Shown: piece after piece, positions 56,380 to 64,000 of the stretch
Numbering within the stretch: position 1 is the first letter of the stretch
Layout of the letters: each line of letters begins with the position of its first letter
From: Eledone cirrhosa
Lineage: Eukaryota
Length of the DNA: 64,000 bases
NCBI GenBank assembly: GCA_964016885.1
Contig: OZ024740.1
Coordinates: 185,690,001-185,754,000 of the forward strand
Direction: 5' to 3'
The notes under the pieces: generated by a model
What the model was told of the DNA's origin: nothing
Databases searched by the model: none
What the model saw: the letters and a program-made list of their open reading frames with translations, nothing else
Made by a program: the position numbers and the translations under genes

Positions 56380-56975
56380 ATCGTTTCTGTTACCAAATAT
56401 GATAAATAAATCCGGCCATGTATTTGTTTTTTGTGTTGAAACAGATATAGTTATATTTGAGGAGGGTCATGTTTTCCTAATATTGCCAGAAAAAATTATA
56501 AACATCACACTCACTGTTTGCTCTGGTTGGGATTCGCGTCAGTATATTATTATATTTCTATTAATAATTTAACTGGCACTCAATGTTTATCATTGATTGA
56601 CCAACAGTTAAAAATATAAATAGAAGTGTAGTTTCTCAAAGTTCTTTCGGCATACATGTCAGAGACATCATCAGTGATAATCATATATCCATGTTTATGC
56701 TGGCCGTGTGGCAAAAGTAGAAACAATTATTTTAATTTAATTTATTTATTTAATGCTGTTGTCTCTGTGCATGCATTTGATAATCACTGATGATGTGTCT
56801 CCTGCAGCTTTATTACTAGTTATTAGATAAGGGTTATTCTGTCAAAGCTCTTTCCTCAAGCTTTCTGTGATCCATGTAATGACTATTTGTTTTTCTTGGT
56901 TCTGTCTCTTCGTCTTTTTGGTCTTATTCCGTTCAATCCATCTTGCCTTTCTGTTGTAAGTTTTATTTGCAAGAC
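56380..56975. pseudogene. Rearranged R4-like LINE relic
   Basis: Minus 56975-56790 reads YNRKARWIE..QEKQIVIT..KAAG (pre-RT region); short inverted segment 56661-56692 vs 56768-56802. Confidence 0.4.
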
Positions 56976-56998
56976 ACCTAAATGTATATAAATATATA

Positions 56999-57089
<91 letters not shown>

Positions 57090-57167
57090 ATTTGTTGGGA
57101 TTCAACAAGCTTAAACATTTTTATAACTATATAAAGCACTCAAGAGTTTAGTGGAGTAAATAGAAAA

Positions 57168-57539
57168 TATATTAATAAATGGAAACTATATTTATAAAAC
57201 CATATTTATTTTATTATACATATTTCAAGGGTCACCAGGTCAAATTATGGTGCGCTTTCATCAGATAAAATACATATTTGTTTTATAAATAAATATTGAC
57301 ATACATGGAAAAATAAATATATAAATAAGACAACCTTAACGGTTGGAGCTTCCTGGATAGACTATCTAGGAAGCTCCAACCGTTAAGGTTGTCTTTTTTC
57401 CCCGATATGTCAATATGTATTTATAAAACAAATCTGTATTTTATCTGATAAAAAGCGCACCATAATTTGCCTTGGTGGCCTTGAAATATGTATAATAAAA
57501 TAAATATGCTTTTATAATATAGTTTCCATTTATTATATA
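57168..57539. mobile_element. Fold-back hammerhead element, family 1
   Basis: Arms are reverse complements around a central 34-bp-arm hairpin (57327-57395, centre 57361); between (TA)n tracts. Confidence 0.9.
57207..57272 (-). ncRNA. Type-I hammerhead ribozyme motif, canonical core
   Basis: tattttat-CTGATGA-aag..cacca..tggtg..ctt-GAAA-tatgta-TA-ataaaata. The mirror copy at 57437-57502 (+) has CTGATAA. Confidence 0.75.
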
Positions 57540-57562
57540 TTGTATATATATAAATATAATTG

Positions 57563-58441
57563 TGTACACGCACATACATATATGTATACAGACGTACAGT
57601 AGTATGTATATGTATATACATACATTCACACATATATATATGTACGTATGGATTCACCGAACATTTATTATAATGCTCGGTGTGTTTGTAAACAAACATC
57701 CCGTATTAAGCCGTAGTGTCTAGCAACCATCGTTGCTCGTTTGTTCAACACTGACAAAGGAATGCTGTACTAGTTTCAAGCTTATTAGCTATCGTCAGCA
57801 ACGTATACCTTCCTGCCAGATTGTTGAACGTATATACTTACGTTATGCATATTAACGGCTGAGTAGCCCAATTTGCATATCGAGTGAGTTAATCGGCCTG
57901 GTGCACCGAAAACGATAAACGGAATAAATGAAACGAAATTTAATTTCCCACTCTTAGTACTGCTGTTACTTAATTATAAGTATGTACACGTACATACATA
58001 TATGTATACATACGTACAGTAGTATGTATATATATATACATACATGCACGCATATATATATGTACGTATGGATATCACCGAACATTTATTATAATGCTTG
58101 GTATGTTTGTAAACAAACATCCCGTATTAAACCGTAGTGTCTAGCAACCATCGTTGCTCGTTTGTTCAACACTGACAAAGGAACGCTGTACTAGTTCAAG
58201 CTTATTAGCTATCGTCAGCAACGTATACCTTCCTGCCAGATTGTTGAACGTATATAGTTACCTTATGCATATTAACGACTGAGTAGCCCAATTTGCATAT
58301 CGAGTGGGTTAATCGGACGGGTGCACCGAAAACGATAAACGGAAAAAATGAAACGAAATTTCATTTCCCACTCTTAGTACGGCTGGTACTTAAATATAAA
58401 TATGTACTAAGAGTGGGAAATGAAATTTCGTTTCATTTTTT
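57563..58441 (-). mobile_element. Tandem 420-bp hammerhead repeat (retrozyme-like), family 2, ending in a fold-back
   Basis: Units start at 57563 and 57983; terminal hairpin at 58343-58441; one HHR per unit. Confidence 0.9.
57762..57804 (-). ncRNA. Minimal type-I hammerhead ribozyme, canonical core
   Basis: gttg-CTGACGA-tagct aata agctt-GAAA-ctag-TA-cagc. The second unit (58183-58224) lacks one A of GAAA. Confidence 0.8.
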
Positions 58442-58473
<32 letters not shown>

Positions 58474-58477
<4 letters not shown>

Positions 58478-59393
58478 AAATAACGAAACGAAATTAAATT
58501 TCGTTTCGTTTGTAACTCACTTTTGTATGACTGACGCTTAAACAATTAAGTTAAAAATGTACATCTACATATGCATACTGAAATACTAGTGTGATATGAA
58601 TACACACACGTATACATATGTAGGTGTACCAAGTCTTTCACTGGTCGCTTTACAGTGAGCGGCCCAGCTATTCTGTATGTAAACACACAGACAAACCGGT
58701 TTTTAGAGTCATACTGGTTTTTCGGGGGAACACCTTCCCCCTATTCTCCAGAAAGCCAGACAAGGAATATTGAACTAGCTTCGTTGTTGTTACAACTCAT
58801 CAGCAATATTTACCTATCTACCGGCCTTTCTGGAGAATTGTAAAAGCACATATCGTTATATGCTTTTACTATGAAAATTAGTAGTGGGCAGACTAATTTG
58901 CATAGAGTGTGAGTACGCACCGGTTCAGCGGAGACGATAAAAACAAATAACGAAACGAAATTAAATTTTGTTTCGTTTCGTTATTTGTTTTTATCGTCTC
59001 CGCTGAACCGGTGCGTACTCACACTCTATGCAAATTAGCCTGCCCACTACTAATTTTCATAGAAAAAGCATATAACGATATGTGCTTTTACAATTCTCCA
59101 GAAAGGCCGGTAGATAGGTAAATATTGCTGATGAGTTGTAACAACAACGAAACTAGTTCAATATTCCTTGTCTGGCTTTCTGGAGAATAGGGGGAAGGTG
59201 TTCCCCCGAAAAACCAGTATGACTCTAAAAACCGGTTTGTCTGTGTGTTTACATACAGAATAGCTGGGCCGCTCACTGTAAAGCGACCAGTGAAAGACTT
59301 GGTACACCTACATATGTATACGTGTGTGTATTCATATACACACTAGTATTTCAGTATGCATATGTAGATGTACATTTTTAACTTAATTGTTTA
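58474..59393. mobile_element. Near-perfect palindromic hammerhead element, family 3 (467-bp monomer + inverted copy)
   Basis: Arms 58539-58960 / 58972-59393 differ at about four positions by eye; direct repeat aaacaaataacgaaacgaaattaaattt at 58474 and 58941; flanked by (TA)n. Confidence 0.93.
59121..59165 (+). ncRNA. Minimal type-I hammerhead ribozyme, fully canonical
   Basis: aatattg-CTGATGA-gttgt aaca acaac-GAAA-ctag-TT-caatatt, within a longer stem ttctccagaaag/ctttctggagaa. The mirror copy at 58766-58810 (-) has GAAG. Confidence 0.88.
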
Positions 59394-59419
59394 TATATAT
59401 ATAATTATATATATATATT

Positions 59420-59484
59420 TCGTTTCTGAATTTGTTTAGCAAGATTCTTTATCTGAAATCGTGTATAACAATATATATATATAC

Positions 59485-59559
<75 letters not shown>

Positions 59560-59623
59560 CGTTTCTGAATTTGTTTAGCAAGATTCTTTATCTGAAATCG
59601 TGTATAACAATATATATATATAC

Positions 59624-59625
<2 letters not shown>
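59420..59625. repeat. ~55-bp direct repeat separated by (TA)n
   Basis: cgtttctgaatttgtttagcaagattctttatctgaaatcgtgtataacaat at 59421 and 59560. Confidence 0.9.
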
Positions 59626-59654
<29 letters not shown>

Positions 59655-60254
59655 CATATGTGTGTGTGTGTTTGTGTGAGAGTATGTGTGTGGGCGTGTG
59701 TGTGCATGTGTATGTGTGTGAGTAGAGAGTGGGAGTGAGAGGGAGACAGAAATAGATTCATGCTTGTGGTTCAATAACGTATATTTTTCAATACAACCAT
59801 TCATTAAATGTGTATTGTTTCATATACACTTATTAGCGTAAAAGGAAGGGGGCTACACACACATACGCGCCCTTGCATATACCTGCGTATTCCTGTGTAT
59901 GCGTATATGTTCATTTTATTTGAAATATCCTGTGAGCTTTTCTACTCTTGATATTCAAATTGTGTATGGGATTTTATGGGAAAAACGTTATGGCTTTTAT
60001 TCTCTATGTATTTAGTTGAAGTCCTGTGGAGCTTACCGTTGCCTTTGATCATGTTGAGAACAATAAAGTAAGCATTAAGGATCTACTCGACACAATTCCT
60101 CCGACTATAAACCACTCCTAAAAATGTGTGGTGTGTGTCAATGTTATCAATTAACTTTCGCTATCTTTAGCCATTCAGTTGTCAAAAATGTAGGAATGAA
60201 TATTCAACAGTCTATTCAATGAAACATATCAACCCCTCTAAATTGGGTACATAC

Positions 60255-60410
60255 ATGGCTGTGTGGCCAAAATGTTACTTCATAGCCACAAAACTCAAGA
60301 CTTTATTACACAGGTTGGCTCTTTTGACAAGTTCATTCTACCGTAGCGTGGCGTCAAACCAATGCTTGTGAATGAAATAGGATAGACAAAAATTATATAA
60401 AACATCCTTT
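60255..60410 (+). mobile_element. Degenerate octopus-type tRNA SINE
   Basis: ggctgtgtgg...ttgacaagttcattctaccgtagc...accaatgcttgtgaatgaaataggatagac resembles a common octopus SINE (recalled, not searched). Confidence 0.5.
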
Positions 60411-61189
60411 GATATATACCCCATGTTCATTGTAGTATAAGTATATATAGCTATATTATGCCACGTGAAATCTAACCATTGCCGTTAATAATGTGGCTAA
60501 TATCTATCTATACACATGACGCTGTGAAAATTGGAATATATGTATTCGATTTCACAATTCAATATGAATTTTAATCAGATAAAATCTTGCCTTTGAGTTA
60601 CACTCACTTTGAAGAGGACATATTATAAATCGTAAAGGAGATACTATTCTGATCGTGGTTATTCTTTGCATTAGAAATGTCAGGCAACTTTTGATGATGA
60701 ACGAAAGAATAGATCACCATTTAACGTCTTGTTAACATGTAAATAAATATATCGAACATTAAATAAGTTTGCTGTAAACTAGCGACACGTCCTTATATAC
60801 GCACACACACACACACACACATACATACATACATACATACATACATACATACATACATACATACATACATACATGGTGGTGGCTGCAAACTCGTTTTCGA
60901 GTACGGCCACTACTTTATATCCATGTAGGAGAACTCCTACCGATGCGCTGAACGAATGTGACTTTTGTCTAGCCAGCGACTTGAAAACTCTGGTACAAAC
61001 ACTACACCTGTGACAATTATTGACACATAGTGCTAGGCCCATGGTACCATGTTACGAAAAGTGCAGAGAGATCTCCAGATATAAAGCAATGCTTGTGCCG
61101 TGAAGCTTTTATAGTGAGCAAAGGCACTGCACAAAGCCAGTTCCACTCTCTTAATCAAGATGATATTTACCAAAAAGAAGAACAAGTCA

Positions 61190-61470
61190 ACATCATTGGA
61201 TACCATCAGAGTTAGAGGTGTTATATCAGAGTTTTCCTTCTCCTAGAATTCTGCCTTGACAAATGCTAAGAGGTCATCTCTCCCAGTGATTTGGGATGGC
61301 CATTGACACTTAAGAGCTCCTTTGCCCTTTGACAGGTTTTGTTTTTAGTCCTGCAGGATGTCCAAAGTCACCCTCCTCACCAAGAAACCTTGGTTAGGTT
61401 GCCAGTTTAGTCGCCAACGACCCGAACATGAGACAGGTTGTACTGGGATACATGTTACCAGTAGCACCAA
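61190..61470 (-). mobile_element. Isolated RTE-like 5' UTR with candidate HDV-like ribozyme
   Basis: Minus strand contains ctaggagaaggaaaactctgat (recalled as an RTE 5'UTR motif) and, upstream, gtcg ttgg cgac taa actgg. Confidence 0.5.
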
Positions 61471-61487
61471 CATACATACAAACATAC

Positions 61488-61536
<49 letters not shown>

Positions 61537-61862
61537 ATGTGTGTGTGTGTACGTTGTGTGTGTCTGTGTGTGTGTGTGTGTATGTATGTATGTAGGTATT
61601 GTATATTGAATAATATATGGCTTGTTTATGAAAAACATTGGAAGACCCTTCACTATAAAATTTAAAGGTTGCGACAAACATTACATACCAATCACAGCAA
61701 AAGCGTATATTACTCTATATACAATAAGTACATTTTTATTCATACCATTATGCCGGAGCTGCCATACGAATTTTCAACTTAAGCATGACCGGCTACCGCA
61801 TGTTAATGAATTTCATCAGCTCATAAACATAAGCAGGAATCTTTAAGATTATATATATATAC

Positions 61863-61996
<134 letters not shown>

Positions 61997-62328
61997 GAGG
62001 AGAGCGGCTGTGTAGCTCCCGGATAAGGTATACTTAAAATTAAGAAGAAAGCATAAACGGGAGAAAGCTCCATCATCAGTTGTCTGCCGGGAGTTCTGGA
62101 TAGCTCTACGCATTAAAGACAAGATACCTCAATAACTAAGACAAGCTATTGGCGAAAAAATGGAGGGAGAGAAAGATAATACATAATAACAGAAGGGAAG
62201 AAAAGAGAAAAACAGCGAAAGAAACGGTCAACAACAAACCGAAGAGAGAAACCCGGAGAAAAGTGTGTGAGCAACTCGAGGAGAGAAAATTAAAGTCAGC
62301 AACAATTACTGAACATAAGTTCTAGATT

Positions 62329-62368
62329 ATGCGGACGAGGAAAAAAGACACGGCTGACTTCCGCAAGT
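62329..62368 (+). CDS. Candidate first coding exon (MRTRKKDTADFRK) of an unidentified gene
   Basis: ATG after a purine- and CpG-enriched leader (62140-62328), ending at a gtaagt donor. No downstream exon identified. Confidence 0.2.
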
Positions 62369-63450
62369 GTAAGTGAGAAAGAGACTGATGATATTCGTTT
62401 ATAAAATATCAATAAGGCCAAATATATTTTTGACCTACAAATTAAAAGTGATTCGCAGATTCATTTCGCCTGGACCCTTTTAATATTAATTGTAAGAATA
62501 AATAGTATTGGAATATAAGTTTCGACGTGCAGAATCATATTGAAACATCTTATTTATTTATTTCTTCATACGTCTTTCTGTTGACGTTTAATACATTTAT
62601 CCACTCATTACTGTACTTTCACTCAGCCTCTATAATTCATTCTCATTGCAATTATTCCGTTTCATTATCTGTTTTCCTCGCTCATTATGCGTCAAGCTCA
62701 TGCATCCTTTTTGTACTATGTCTCTATATTTCCATTGACGATTGCTTTCGTTTTCTGATTCTGCCAAACTTTTTGAAAGTTGCTGCTAGTAGATTGTCGA
62801 GATTCTTGCGTCGAGAAATGATTACTGTAAATCTCCAATCTATCACGTAATCACGTGTATTTCAATTTCAACGTGAACAAAGAAAATAGTTCAAAAAGCA
62901 ATAGATAAACGTTAATGAGTTATATAGTCCAAATTCTGATTTGTACCAAAATAAAGGAATAGAGCAGTCACTTAACATGTAGCTGGAATGTATTGATATG
63001 CACTAAACAGTTTCAACTTCATTGTAAGTGCATTCAATATACTTTCTGAAAAATTATTGTCTCAACATCTTTTTCAACACACTTTCTCAAGCATACATAT
63101 ACAGTCACATATATTAACAACTATTCCTTTATATTTACTACATTTTCTAACTCACGTATAATTTCTTATTTTCTGTAAACTACTATCATATAGCCAAATA
63201 GCTATTCCAATTATGTTTCTTGCTTGAAAATTCTATATCACAATATTTATTAGTATTCGAGAGTATATTTTAGCGCCCGCAGCTTGGAACTTTGATATTT
63301 TTAAGATATCATTTATAATTCTACATTGTTGTGTAGGAAGAATATATGTTGCATGTTACAATTATGTTAGGAGTTATACGTTTGCAACATTTATGATGAT
63401 ATTAAGTGAGTTGGAACAATTCATATATTTGCAGCTGTATCACAAACACA

Positions 63451-63730
<280 letters not shown>

Positions 63731-64000
63731 TATAAAATAGAAAACACAGGTAAGCATTAAGAGAAGGATTTTATCCAGGTATTTACGACCGTTTCATTGG
63801 TAAGTGCAACCTTATATACTGCAAATAGCAGACACTCAATTATAATTGTTGTTCAGAGTCCAAATTTTCAAAATAGTGAGTAAGTTACTCTTAACATAGT
63901 TCTTAATATATAGCGAAAAACATTTTTTTGGAATTGTATTTACTAGTATAGAGTGAGAGGAATTAGAAGGTGAGGGGACAAACGAAATAGTATAGAGAGA

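Noticed and set aside
58655-59276. Paired 62-aa ORFs
   Set aside because: Artefact of the palindrome; GTG start, antisense to the hammerhead, no recognisable domain.
62020-62110. Hammerhead on the minus strand (CTGATGA at ~62072-62078)
   Set aside because: No GAAA or stem III follows; only ctcccgg/ccgggag pairing.

Overview
This is AT-rich, microsatellite-dense eukaryotic DNA. The repeat content (tRNA-derived SINEs with ATT tails, Penelope-like elements, R4/Dong, RTE and CRE LINE relics) suggests an octopus/cephalopod genome, which is an inference. No intact host gene or RNA gene is recognisable, and almost all predicted ORFs are microsatellite translations or decayed retroelement fragments; a few short candidate host exons are noted at low confidence. 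Main features: (1) two 5'-truncated Penelope-like elements (PLEs; RT + C-terminal GIY-YIG) bracketed by inverted pseudo-LTRs; (2) a ~10 kb head-to-tail array of three R4/Dong-type RLE LINEs separated by (TAA)n; (3) many non-coding fold-back, palindromic or tandem units sitting between (TA)n tracts and carrying minimal type-I hammerhead ribozyme (HHR) motifs. The clearest case is 57.1-59.4 kb, where three different HHR-bearing retrozyme-like families are adjacent. One forms a near-perfect ~855 bp palindrome with a canonical hammerhead, and two share a conserved terminal motif plus an ATGCAAAT octamer. All alignments and folds were done by eye.
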